The translations under genes were made by a program, and so were the position numbers. The notes below the pieces were generated by a model. The model did not search any database. It was given only the letters and a program-made list of their open reading frames with translations, and was not told where the DNA came from. 64,000 nucleotides of DNA, taken from Cenococcum geophilum (lineage: Eukaryota). The first letter of the stretch is position 1; every line of letters begins with the position of its first letter. The DNA lies in the NCBI GenBank assembly GCA_050273025.1, contig CP158636.1, positions 7,068,001-7,132,000 on the forward strand, written 5' to 3'. Positions 27,095 to 41,200 of the stretch are shown here, piece after piece.

Positions 27095-28034
27095 TCTTAG
27101 TAAGCGACTTAGACAGCAAACGAGACAGTAAATCTCACTAGTACTTAATTAGTATAGCTTTATATAAAACCCCTACTAGCGTTATATAACCCCTATAATT
27201 ATAAGCGCTGTCTTATTTGCCGTCTAAGGGCCTTTAGTACGAAAATGTATAGAGGTTAACTTAAGACTGGTATCTCTTTCCCACCTTTTCTACTGCCCTA
27301 CTTTTATCCTAAATAGCGTATTTTTAAAAATCTAATCGATTATATAACTAAAGCTACTTTTTAAGAATATTTATATAAAAACCCTATAGTATAAAAGTAG
27401 GTTGTTAAAATTACAAGTAGAAAAACATAAAGTAACTTTTTTAGGTTAACTCGTAAGATTTAAAGTAACAAGTTTAGATAAAGTGCGACCGACTGCCTAT
27501 ATCTAATATCCTACATAATATAGCTATAACGTTGTTATTTAATGCAACAGATAGAGAAGCTAAAGAGCTCCTACCTTATAGTATTTTTATAATAACTAGA
27601 CGTTATAAAATGGTCGAGATACGGCAGTAAAAAAGGTGATTTTAACGCTGTATTACTAGAGCCTTGCCTAGGCGCAAAAACGTTATAAAATCTACGTAAA
27701 TCTTACCTAGTTAATAGCTTTATATTTTAATAAAAATCTAATTAATTATAGAGGGCACTAGTCTAATTCGACTTGTCAGCTTATTAGGTTAAAAAGGTGT
27801 TATTAGGGAGTTAAATATGCAGGAGAGAGTGTCTCTTATACAAAATTACGAAAATTGAAGTTGAGTACTATAGAGTTCCGCACTATAGGCCCTTAGACGG
27901 CAGGGCAAACTTAAGGTTAGTAGATAACTAATTGGTTAAAAGAAAGTAGCGTTTTTTAGATAGAGACTAGTGATACTTTAGTATTAGTAAGTGCGCCTTT
28001 AGTTTGCCCTTGCCGTTTAAGTCGCTTACTGAGA
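27095..28034. mobile_element. MITE-3, TA-flanked non-autonomous TIR element
   Basis: TA|TCTTAGTAAGCGACTTAGACAGCAA ... TTGCCGTTTAAGTCGCTTACTGAGA|TA; no coding capacity seen. Confidence 0.7.
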
Positions 28035-30229
28035 TAAACGCGTAGCTGGTTTCTTTCCTTATTTAATGTTGCTTAGCAGATAGTTTATCCGCCCCGATTG
28101 CCCCTATATAGATTCGGCCGCAGCTGCATTCCTCTCTATTACGGACGCGTTAAGTACGATGTTACAACTACTAAGAGAGGAGTCGGAACAAGCTAGTTGG
28201 TTAATATAGGCACGGTTTAGGATGGAACCGGTAGAACCATGTGACGAGGAATGGTAAGCAAGTTATATGATATTATACGCAGTATACGCGGTATACGCAT
28301 TGTATAGTTACGTATAATATGTATAACACGTATATTATATATAAGAAGGATTTAATAGGAGTACGGTTGTGTATTTAAGGACCCTTAGTCCCTACCTAGA
28401 TAGTTCCTTCTTTATAGTAATTCTTAGAATACAATTGGAGTTAATCTGTTAGGTAACTACTCCACCAGTTATTATCTTATTGTTAACTTACTTACAATAC
28501 CTATATACCTAGCCCATTAATAAGTCTACCGTAGCTCTTACTATAAGGCTCCATTATATAATTACTATTATAGTTATAGTTTTAATAAGTTAAACAATAT
28601 GCCACCAAAAGCAGCTACTATGACGCCATTGACGGCGGCAACTACTTCGAGATTAGGTAACGACACTAGTATAGCAGATATTAACTTATAACAATCTATA
28701 ACAGTAAAATAGTTATAAAAGATAGTTAACCAATTAATAGAAAATAATGTGATACTTAAAAATAGGATTAATAGGATAGGTGCAGTAAAGATTAAGCTAC
28801 TATTAATTAAGAGATTCTTAGGAGAGAGATTAAAGTTTAAAGAATTCCTTATATAAATGCATTTTAAGGTTTTATAAAAAGGAGCTAAGCTACTAACACC
28901 TATAGATTAAGTAGTGTATATAGGATTATTCTTATTAGGAAGAGTACTTAAATAGTTTAAGCCTTACCTTATAGAGATATAAGTAAACGGAATAACAACT
29001 ATAAACTAAGAAGTATGGTTTATGTTCTTAAGCTAAAGTAGATTTACAAAGCGACTTATATAAATATTTAAAGATCTAGAGGTAATAACTATAGTAAAAA
29101 GAAAACTTTAAGACATTATATAATAAACCTTAGCAATTAAATATATAACGTAGTTCTAGACGCTAGTTGTTGGTGTTATAAGGTGATATTACGTATCTAT
29201 AAGTTGTAGGTAGTATAATGGTTGTTATTCTTATATCTAAGGGGAAAGGTAAGGAACTTAAGGTTCCTTACCACGCTGGTACCGCGGCGTCACGTGACAG
29301 CAATTTGCCCTACGTGATGGCAACTTGCCTAACTTAACGGCAACTTGCCTTATTTCTAACACTAGCAACTCTTTTTTTATAGTTGCTATCTATATATACT
29401 TATAGATTGCTACTATATAAAGGTATAAAGGTACGGGAAAGAAGAAGAAGAAGAAGAAGGGTATTAGGGGTTAACGCGAAGACGGGTAGGCCGCTAAGGC
29501 GCTAGTAGTAAGCGAGCTAATAGCGATTTTCTATACCGGGCATAAAAAATCCTAATTAGTTGCTCTTAAACTGCTTTATTTCCTACTTTCTCTTAACCTA
29601 ACCTTTAACTTATATATATAGAGTATTTATATTAATAAACGTCTCTAGTACCTTATTTAGGTTTACCTTTATTATCGCATCTACTAGGTTATCTTAGCTA
29701 TTAATCTATTAAATCTTAAAGAGTTCTTAACGCTCGTAGAATTGCTAAAGTGCTATAATATTAATTATAAGACGCTTCTCCTTTATAGTACTAAGCTTAA
29801 CTAAATACTCGTAGAGGGAATATAAGTTGGTGTATACAATTATAGAAATAGCGGGAAGTTTAAGTCGATCTATAATTATCTTTAAGGTAGTTTTAATTAT
29901 AATTACTATATCCACTCTACTAACTATTCTATATATCTCTAATGTGAAAACACTTTAAGTAATACGCTTACTCTTAGTTAAGCTCTAATAGATAAGGTTA
30001 CCGTAGATTATAAAGTTATTCTCTTCGGTAGATTTATTCGCGATAATAATCTTATATCCTAGCTAGGAGCTAAAATCTTTATTATTTATAAACGATTTAT
30101 TAATAAATATAAAGAGCTTAACGGTAGGAAGGTTAATAGGCATATAGAGTAGTCCCTAATTAAGATGGTTTATTTGCTAGGAAAGGCGCTTATTTAGGGC
30201 AAGAATATCCTCCTTAGTTAGTTCCTAGT

Positions 30230-33200
30230 TGTAACGGAGCCTTGTAGTAGGAACTATAGTAGACTTATTAATAGGCTAGGTATATAGGTATTGCAAGTAA
30301 GTTAACAACGTAATAATAACTGGTAGAGCGGTTGCCTAATAGATTAACTCTAATTGTATTCTAAGAATTACTATAAGAAAGGAACTATCTAGGTAGGGAC
30401 TAAGGGTCCTTAAATACACAACCGTACTCCTATGAAATCCTTCTTATACGTAAAGTATGTAAGGTATATAAGGTACGTAAGACATTCTTTATAGAGCTTA
30501 TAGAGCTTATAGAGCTTATTATATAACCTTAGTTACTATTCCTTATTATATAGCTCTATGGGTTCCATCCTAGACCGTACTTATATTAACTAACTAGCTT
30601 CTTCTAACTTCTCTCTAAGTAGTTATAATATCGTACTTAAGGCGTCCATAACACCATCTCCCTCCTCTTTATCTTTGTCCTTAAAGATACCTAATATCTT
30701 TAAGTTGTTTACTAGAGGTGTAATATCCGTCTAATTAATTTAGTTAATATTATTACTTATAATGCCTAAAGCATCTTCTTTTTCTTTAGCTAAGCGCCGG
30801 TCTCGTACTATAGCTATTATATTATCGCTAGGTAAGATTATGCTATCTCCGTGTTCTTATTATGCGAAAGAGGGGTTAGTTTATATTACGCTAGTAAATC
30901 CTTTATCTTAATAACCCTCTTCTTATTTAGAGTGCACTAAAGCAAACATTTAATTATCTTATAATATTCGCTTGATTTCTAACGCTAAGTATGCGCGTCT
31001 TATAACTCTTAATAGTCTCTAAGTTCCCTAAGTAATTTGTTATAGGGTCTTATATTTAATCCGCTGCTGCAAAGCTTAATAGTAAACTATTAGAGGCGCT
31101 GGCCGAGATCTATTAACTTTAGTATAACGATAAGCTTTATCTGGCTCGCATTCGTGATAAGGAGCGTTATGCCCTTAAGGCTCGCCGAAATACTTATGCT
31201 TGTTTTCTTTATTTTAAGAAGGTTTATAAGAAGGTTTATTCTAAGGAGTAAAAACTTATAGAATAAGGTTTATAGGAACTTAGTAATAAAAGAACGGATT
31301 CTCTTTTAATAGAGAAAGAAACAACTCTAAGTAGTTCGGCAGTCGCTTTTCCTAGGTCCCCTTTAGGTAACTTATTCTTTAGCGATTCCTTTTTATTAAT
31401 ATTGCCTAACCTTTTTTCTTCTAATACTCCTGTACCTTTCCTATAGCGTTTTTTAGGTTCTCTAGTAGCTCCTAGGTAGTCTTGTTATAGCCTATCTACT
31501 CTACTTTATACTATATTTTATTGTCTACGTCCTTATAACTAATAATCTTTAAAACTTGCTATTTATCTTCCTCTTATCCTCTATATATGTCTGCTTTATA
31601 AACTAGTAGCTTAACATTCCCGTATACTGGCTCTAGTATTATAATATGCTATATAGGGTAGATCTTTATCCTAGCTAGTAGGTTTAACTTAAATATAACC
31701 GATAAAAATTTCTATATAATTTTAAAAGGTCCTAGTCTAACGTGGTCTAACTTCTTACTTAGTTATTAACTCTTAAAATTTTTATATAGTAGCTACACTT
31801 TATCTCCCTCCTTAAGATCTAGTCCCTTAGATCTCTTAGCATTATAGTACTTTTTTATTCTTTACTGTACTACCTTAGCTATTTCCGTAAGGTCTATATA
31901 AAGATTTATTAAACTCTTTATTCTTTACTTAGCTATACTACTTATCTTCTTTGCTTATTATAGCGATAATAAGGTCCTTAGCTTATATCTATAATTCGCC
32001 TTAAATAGTAATATACCTATTCCTTCTTATAGTGTTATATTATATATAAACTATATAACTAGTAATAGCAATACCCAATTGTTCTATATATAATTAATAT
32101 AATGCCTTAGATACTATTCTAGTGTCTAATTTAATCTTTCCGTTTAACCGTCTATCTATAGATAATATGCGGTAGAAGTTACTACTTAAACTCCTTACTC
32201 TACTAAGAATACTTCCTAGAATGCTGCTATAAATCTTAAATCTCTATCTAATATAATCTTACTTAGTGCTCTATATCTTATAAATACTTCTTTAACATAG
32301 ATTCTAGTAACATCTTCCGCTAATATTTCTTCTATATATACTATAAAGTATCCCTACTTTATAAGCTTATCTACTATTACTAAGATTATATTATAATCTT
32401 ATCTAGTAATAGGATCTCTTAACTTTAGTAACTTAATAATAAAGTCCTATAATATAACCTCCTATAGTCTCTTTAGTATTTTAATAGGTTATAGCCTTCT
32501 ATATAGCTTATACCTTATTAGTTTATTTTTTTAGCAATTTAGATATTCCTTAGTAATTTTCCGTGCTAAACCCTAGATTCTATTAATCATATACTCCTCT
32601 TAAAGTCTTAACACTAAGCCTGTAGCTCCGTTATGTCCTTAAGTTAATCCTTTATAAAATAACTTAATAAACTCCTTTGTAATAGATCTTAGTATATATA
32701 TTACTTCTTAATTCTTATACTGCTCTAAATCTAGATCCTCTACCTATATATTTAGGATCTTTTATATCTAATTACTCTTTAGTAAATTATAGATCTGTTC
32801 TTCTTATATTACTATAATTTTTGGATAATTATATCTAATTAATTTGTCTATATCTTTTCGCAATAAAGCCCCTAATGGCTTTTTATTATTCTATAGTTTA
32901 GTCTTTCTACTTAGAGTATCTACTTATGTATTTTCTATACCCTTAGTATACTAAATCTTAAAATAGTATTCCGTAAGCATCTCCGCCTATCTAACCTATC
33001 TATAATTAAGTTCTTTTGTTATTAGAAACCCTATTAGGTTCTTATAATCTATCTTAACTATAAATAGTTTTTCTATACCTTATAAGAATAATCTCTATTC
33101 TTTTAGTGCTGTAACTATACTTAATAACTCCTTATTATAGATGTTATAGTTTAGTTCTAGTGGTGTTATCTTTTAACTATAGTATGCTACTAAGTGCTAT

Positions 33201-36200
33201 CTATCTTTATATTTCTATAGAAAGTACGCTCTTAGTATATAGTCTAATGCATCTATTTTAACTATTGTCTCTAACTATAGTTAATAGATTTTAAGAACTG
33301 GCTCCTAGGTAAACAACTATTTAATTTTCTTAAATAGTTCCTTTTATTCCTCTCCCTATGCCTATAATTCTTCTTTCTTTATTAATCTTATAAGTGGCTT
33401 AATATCCTTTAACTATTAAGCTATAAACCTTCTATAGTAGTTATAGAACCCTAGAAATAACCTTAACTATATTATATTTTCTAGTTCTTACCAATTCACT
33501 ATAGCCTTAATCTTCTTTAGATCTATACTAAGTTAGCCTAGTTTAATAATAAATCTAATAAAATCCGTCTTTCTAGTAAAGAACTTATATTTCTTAATTA
33601 TTACTAGCATCTGCTCTTCCTATAGTCTCTTTAAGACCTATTTAATATATTCTCTATATTCTTCCTTACTTATTAAGTAGATAATAATAATATTAAGGTA
33701 TACTATAACAAATTCATCTAAGTATTCTCTTAATATATTGTTAATACGCTTTTAAAACGTTACTAGTATATTTATAAGCCTAAATTGCATAACTAGTAGT
33801 TTATATAGTCCTTTCTTTAACTTAAAGGCTGCCTTTTATTTATTGCCTTCCTTAATCCTAATTTAGTAGTACGCCTATCTTAGATCTATCTTTATAAAGA
33901 TTTACGCATTACTAATCCTATCTTAAATTTCGCTAATTAAGGGTAAAGGATACCTATCCTTTCTAGTAATGCTATTTAACTATTTATAGTTAATACATAG
34001 CCTAAGTTTTTTATTCTTCTTTAGTACGAATAGTACTAGATATCCCGCTAATAACTATAATAGTCTAATATATCCTTTTTAAAGATTTTCCTAGACAAAC
34101 TCCTTAAGTGCCTATAACTCTTTTTTTATTAACTTATAGGTTAGGTAAAACCTTAAACTCATTTCTAGTTCTAACTCTATCTTATAGTCCTATACTATAT
34201 ACTCTAATAGCTTTTTACTTTCTAGTAACTATAGCTTCTTACTATACTTATAGTATCTCTTTAGTATATAACTTAATCCTTAATTAGTCTCCTTATATAT
34301 TACTCTAACTTAATACTATACTAACTTAGTTTATTATTATATCTTATATTATTATATATCTCTAATATTAACCTAACCTATAACCTAATTAATCTTTAGA
34401 TTATATTTCTATAACTAAGGCATTCCTAATACTGCCTTATTATTCCCTAATAGTAATATATTAAAAGACATCTTAACTTATCTCCCTTTAATAGTTATCT
34501 AAATTAGTCCTATTTTAAGATTAATAATGCCTCCTCTATAGGCTATTAGATCTCCTAAAATTATTACTAATAAATAAGGGTACTCCTTTTGCCTATATAG
34601 TAGCCCTATCCTTTTAACTGCTATTAGTAAGATATAGTTCCTTATTACTTTACTATCTACTAATATTTTAAACTACTAATCTTACTATTTAATTCTTAGA
34701 TTTAGGTGTTATCCTTAAATTCCTTTAAGGGTCTAAAGCTCTACTACTAGCTCCCTCTAGTCCTATAGGCCTCTACTTTTTCCAACTATTAGCTACTTAA
34801 TCCTATTATACTTAGCTTATTTTTTTTAGCTAATACTTAGTTCGCTTTTTATCTTTAATATACTATAGATAGGTATTTTCTAGATATTCCCACTATTATT
34901 ATCTATCTAAGCATTCTTCTATAAGGAATCTTCCTAGTTAAAGTATTAAATTTCCTTCTCTTAAACTTCTGCTAGATGCTATTTGTGTATATACTTAGCA
35001 TTCCTATACTATTATTTATCTATTATCTAGTATATCCTTATAGGGTATTTCCGATTCTTTTCCTTTAGATTCTTATATATTTTGTATATGTTATCTATAT
35101 ATATAATCTATAATAGTATATAGTATACTAGGTGCTTTAGATTAACTCTTAACTTATCTTTATCTTTAAGTTTAAACCTCTATTATACTAATTTAAACGT
35201 TATAACTTTATTCGCAGGTACTAAAACACGCCTCTTACTTCTTTAGTCCTCTAATTATTCCTCTAGATTCTTTAATATTATAATTAAGGTTCCCTTAATA
35301 TAATTTATTACTTTTTCTATAATTAGGTGGTCTTAAATAACTTTTTTGTCCAACTATATATAGAAATCTTTCCACTTATTATTTTGTTATTACCTATACC
35401 ACTTTTAATATAGCTATTAGAGTGTATACAGTCTATCCATAAGGAAGTATCTTCTTATTATTATATTATAACAGCCTTTTATATATCGTTCTTCAAACCT
35501 AGTAGGAATCCCTAGATCCTCTTCTTATTCTAGTTTAGTAAGCCACTTAGCTCTTAGTATCCCTATCTTAGGTCTATTAGTAATTCTTTATACTAGTACT
35601 CTGTCCTTTATACGTCCTAATATACTAGATCTTTTATCTAGTTTCTGTTCTTGCTATAAGGTAATTCTTACTTTAAATTCCTCTATGGTTTATTTCTTTT
35701 CGCGTCTTATAAGTAGATCCTTAAAGTCTTCTTACTTCTTAATCTTAGTATTAAACTCTTAATCTTTAGTTTAAACATCTTGTTTAACTGGTAAGTTCTC
35801 TAAGTCTATATATCTATCTCTTAGTCTAACTGCTATTTATATTACAGATTCTCTAATCTATAGCGAAGCCGCTTACTTCTTACTTATAGGTGTCCTTATT
35901 TATACTCTAAACTCTTAACCCCTTAGATTCTTTAATTCTAAGCTTACCTCTTTCTTAAGCTACGCTCTAGCCTTAGTCTAACTAGGCTTTACTAGTGTTC
36001 TTATCTCGTCTTAAGAGTCTTAAATCTTACTTATCTTATCTTAAGAATTTTATACCGTTAGGAATACTTATCCTAAGCTTATTTATATATTCTTAAACTA
36101 AGCTACTGCCCTACTCTATCGGTTTGCGTTTATTATAGGTCCTTAAGCATACCTTATCTCTTCTTAAGAATCTTAGTCGTCTCTTATCTCGTCTTAAGAA

Positions 36201-38277
36201 TCTTAAGCCTTTGGCCTTTTGCCTTTATTAAATGGTAAGCTAGCACTAGCAGTTATTTACTTATTTAATTATCTCTAGATATTACTCCTTCCGTCTTATA
36301 AAGTAATAGATGCTATATCTAACGGTATTATAATACCCGTTACTAAACCTTACTTTATAGCGGTCTTAGTCTCTACTTCTATTACGTTATTAAGGTTTAG
36401 ATACCCCTAGTTAGTTCCCTTACTATCCTTATTGCTATTAATTAATAAGTACTCTAACTCCATTGTTATTATTACTAATTATTATCCGTATATTACTATA
36501 ATATCTTAATCTAGCTTATAAAATTAATCTTATTCTTTATTTAACTCTTTAGTTTCTTTAAGTCCTTTTAACTCTAGCTCTTATAACTAATAGCTTATAC
36601 CATACTTAGCATTTTTATAAATTTAGTATATGTTATTGTAATAAAACGCAAAACTTCTAATTAAATACTCTTTTGTTCCTTACAGTATACTATTATCCCT
36701 CTATATGTATGTGTTATATACTATTAGTCTAGTTCCCTTTACTATATAATAACTCTAACTACTTCTATAATCTCTGGCGAAATAACCCTATTTTCTGTAA
36801 TTTATATAAGCTCCGTCTTTAAACTATTACTTTTACTATAGAGTCCGCTTAAACGTCTTCCGCTATTAAGATCCTTAGTTTAGCCTATACTCCTTAGTTC
36901 TATAATTACTTAATCCTTAACTTTTAGGTTTCTATAGTTGCTTTCTCTATCTCTTATAAGTTTCTCTAGTACTACTTAAGTCTATTAGCTCTACGCTATA
37001 CTATAGTTTCTAATTTAGCTTTAGTTATTGCGTGCTCTACGTCTTATATAACTATAGAACTCTATCCTAGCCTCTTTTAGCCTATTCCCTTTAGAAGATC
37101 CTATTTTTAATCTTAATTACTTAATCTATTAATTCCCTTAGGGTGTCCGTATCTTCTATTAGAATAATTACGTCCTAGACTTTAGCCTTAAGTCCCTATT
37201 TATACTATACTATAAGCGCCTTATTGTTCTATTTAACCTATATAGTAAGTATTTAAAACTATATTATATACTTAATTGCTAAAGTTTGCTGTATTAGGTC
37301 CTAAAGCTTTTTTTTTACTATAGTTATTACTTCTAGGTCCCTAAATATCTGTGTTAATTATTCCGCGAATCCTACCTAGCTAAAAAACATAAATCGTACC
37401 TCTTAATTAGTAGTAGTTATTCCATTAGTCTGTATTTCTATTAAGTAGGGTTTAAACTATTTAAGTGCCCAACCTATTAGGAATAGTCCTGCGTAGGCTA
37501 TCTAATCTATTGTTGTGGCTAACTTGGCCCCTTCTTATATAACTTTAAAATATATTTGCGTTAGAAATCCTTTAAGCTTTAATCTCTCCCCTAAGAATTG
37601 TTTGATTAAAGGTAACTTAACCTTTACTACTCCTATCCCGTTAACCCTATTTTTAAGTACTATATTGTTTTCTATTAACTGGTTAACTATTTCTTATAAT
37701 TATTTTACCGTTATAGGTTATTGCGAGTTAGTGTCCGCTATACTAGTGTCACCCCCTAACCTTAAAGTAGTTGCCGCCGTTAATGGCGTTGTGGTGGCTG
37801 CTTTTGGTGGTATATTATTCGACTTATTAAAACCGTAACTATAGTAGTAATTGTGTAACGGAGCCTTGTAGTAGGAACTACGGTAGACTTGTTAATAGGC
37901 TAGGTATATAGGTATTATAAGTAAGTTAATAACGTAATAATAATTGGTGGAGTAGTTGCCTAACAGATTAACTCTAATTATATTCTAAGAATTACTATAA
38001 GGAAGGAACTATCTAGGTAGGGACTAAGGGTCCTTAAATACACAACCGTACTCCTATGAAATCCTTCTTATACGCAAAGTACGTGAGGTATGTAAGGTAT
38101 GTAAGACGTTTCTTATAGACCTTATAGAGCTTATAGAGCTTGTTATATAACCTTGGTTACTATTCCTCGTTATATAGCTCTACGGGTTCCATCCTAGACC
38201 GTACTTGTATTAACCAACTAGCTTCTTCCAACTCCTCTCCAAGTAGTCGTAACATCGTACTTAAAGCGTCCGTAATA
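30230..38277 (-). mobile_element. Gypsy-B2, full-length copy nested in Copia-C1
   Basis: 424-bp LTRs 30230..30653 and 37854..38277; TSD CTAGT; PPT (AGAGGAGGGAGATGG on minus strand) at 30654-30668; RT EYLDEFVIVYL at ~33700. Confidence 0.93.
30762..31479 (+). pseudogene. Antisense accessory gene of Gypsy-B2: Zn2Cys6-like motif + coiled coil, putative intron 30991..31045
   Basis: ATG CCT AAA start. Codons 31/34/41/55/58/67 are TGT/TAT/TAT/TAT/TGC/TAT (TAT = RIP of TGT; codon 67 is TGC in B3), giving C-x2-C-x6-C-x13-C-x2-C-x8-C. Removing 55 nt restores an AAAKL..ALAEI.. helical frame. Confidence 0.6.
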
Positions 38278-41200
38278 CTAGTATTAAGCGGCAATAGAGA
38301 GATTAAAGGAAGCCTTAGGTTAACAGATAGAAGTAATATAAACTCTATAAGCGCGTTGCTCTATATACCCTTACTTTAGAGAATTAACGTTAGCAACGTT
38401 AATCTTCTTACCTTAACCCTTCTAGTATAAAGCAATAGAATCCTTATTTAGGGAGAGGATGTATTTATTAAAGAGCAGTGGCGTTATTAAATTAAGTCTT
38501 TCCTTTAGCTTTACTATAAGATTTACCTTTATTAGCTTATCTTCTTTAAGGGCTAAGAATTAGTCATCTCCTAAGATAATTATATTATTAGTTTATATGC
38601 CAATAATTCTAAATAGAGTTCCTATAGTTATAATAAGGAAGCAGGGATTAAATATAGAAGTAGTTATTAAAAGCTTATCTTTATAGTGCTTATTATAAGT
38701 AGCCCACTAATAAGTTCCTGCCTCTGCGATTCCGTATAATAGCTTAAGGACAACCATAATTATATCTTTGGGATATTAGTGGCAAATTTACTCTAAAAGG
38801 TATGCTAGTATTAAGCGCTAAAGGCGCGTCTCTAATTAGGTATAGGCCTAAGTAATATCTTATAAATAAACCGCCATTCTATTCTTTATTAAGGAGGGAG
38901 CTAGCGCAATAATAACTCGCTAACTAGCTTATTAAATTATAGGGGATTATATAAGAATTACTTCCTTACCGTCGTTGTTATAACCTTAAATAACTAGCCT
39001 TAATTTCTTAAATAGGGCGTTAGTAGCTTTGCCCTTAATCCTATTAACCATTTTTAACTTAAAGATATGGACTCCATTAAGCTTAGTAGGGTTATACTTC
39101 TTAAATTTAAAGACTCCTCTTATAATAAGACCGTTAATCTCCTGTTTATTAGATGCTTAAAAAGGAACTCCTAAAGTTATAATACGGCCTTCCTTTTAAA
39201 GCTATTTTGCGAGCTTAAAGCCAGTCTTCTCTTTAGCTGTTATAAAGGCCATTAATAACTTATCTCTATTCTTAATAGCGGTAATAAATTACTCTTTAAA
39301 ATTAATAAGATGTTGGCGATTTTATAATCCCTTCGGGCGACCTTTACCGCGTTATAGTTGCGGTATATCTGCTATAATTATATTAGAATTATAGTCGCCT
39401 TTTAGAGTATGTTAATTATAATTCTTCTCTAAGGTATCCTCTAGGGTATTCTATAAAGGCTTAGAACTGTTATTCCTATAATAGGGCTTAATAATAGTTA
39501 AACGGAATTAAGTAGGTCTATAGGACATCTAAAAAGTATAAGTTTAACTATTAGTTATAATAAGCTTATATAGGCCTAACCATCCTCTCTTCTTACGTTA
39601 TACCCGTACTTTAGATTAGAGTAGCAGATTAAGCGTAGTTAAGGTATTTAGGCTATTTCTTATTCCTAATACGTTGTTAACCTAGCGTATAGCATAGAGA
39701 CGTTATACCTCTTTCGTTACCTTATAAATAGCCTTAGCTTATTATATAATAGAGGGAGATAGTAGAGAATTAATAGTTATTTAAGGGTAAGCGCTAAAAA
39801 CTAGTAATGTGGGTATAAGCCTATCTAGGCCAGCGGAATTATTAATAGCCTTAACAGCTATTTATAAGGTAAGTTCTTTACTAGCGTCCTTTAGTTCTAA
39901 AGAGATAATCTTATATACGTGGCGTAATAGCGCGTAATATCGCTTTACTTTTCTAATACTATTATATGCCTTAACGGGGACTTCTTTAACCTTAATTACT
40001 ATTGCCTTTATCTGTTATCGGAACTCTATAGATAAGAAGTTCTTTTCTATATTATAGACGATTTAATTAGGAGGTCCTAAATAGATATCAATCTAGCATA
40101 ACCGAAGGGTATCCTATGTATTTTTAGCTAATATATCTTTTAAGAAACGCGCGGCTTAGAAGAAGGTTAAAAAGTTAATAACTTAGAGCACTGGCTTACC
40201 GCTAAGATATATAATGTTAATAATAATATAGAAGTTAAAGTTATAGTTATCCTTAAAGGTAAACTTAAATCGGCTAGGGGACTTCTAGTTTATTTAGTAG
40301 TAATAGTAGTACTTTATAAGATACTTAATTGCCTTAACCTTAACTTTATGGCCTACTCGCTAAAGAACCTTAAGCAATTAATAAACGGATAGGTAGCTAA
40401 AACGATGGTGTAGTTAGCGTAATTCTAACTTAGTTAAGTAGCTTTAAGTAACACTCTTTTCTAGTTAATAAAGGAGTAACTAAGGGTAACCCTATTTACA
40501 CATAACGGGCACCTAATTATCTCCCTAAATAAGTATATTCTTAAGGTTATTAAGCCTAATACCTAACTTATCTATATCTTTAATATAAAATAGAAACGGA
40601 GTGTTTGTAGGAATAATATAGAAAGTAATATATCCTAAGGGGGTTTGGACCCTAATTATACCGAGAGAGATTATAGTACCTTTACTAAAGCAAATTGTAT
40701 ATTAGCCTGCCGTTAATTAGTTAATTTAAATAGAGCTATTAAGCTGCTAAAGAGCTTAAACTTAAGGTTCTCCTACTATAGATACTCCTGCGGCTCCTAT
40801 ATCCGGCATAATACTATAAAAAACGTACGCTAAGTATCTATTGTTAAAGGAAAACGTAGAACTCTCCTTTAGCTTATTAAAGATATCTAATTTCGTAATA
40901 GAATAGAGTATAGATTAATTATTAAGAATAGTAACGGTTTATATACTATCTACCTTACTATACTTAGTAAAGTATTAGTTAGGAAAGTAGTTCTTAATTT
41001 CTATATCTATAAGGAGCTATTTAGTCTTATTAATCTTACCCTTAAGATCTTCTACGCCTTTATATTAAACTAGAAAGCTTTAAAAGTAGGCTATAGTAAC
41101 CTTATAATTTCTAATATTTCTTATACTCTAACGGAACTTATTATATACTTCGTTTCGCTTATTAAGGGAGTATCTAGTTAACTAGCAATTTGGCTTCTTA

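Noticed and set aside
37515..38379. ORFs 37515..37838 and 38140..38379 (also 17850, 49617, 50001, 60144, 62757)
   Set aside because: Antisense or off-frame chance ORFs within retroelement sequence.
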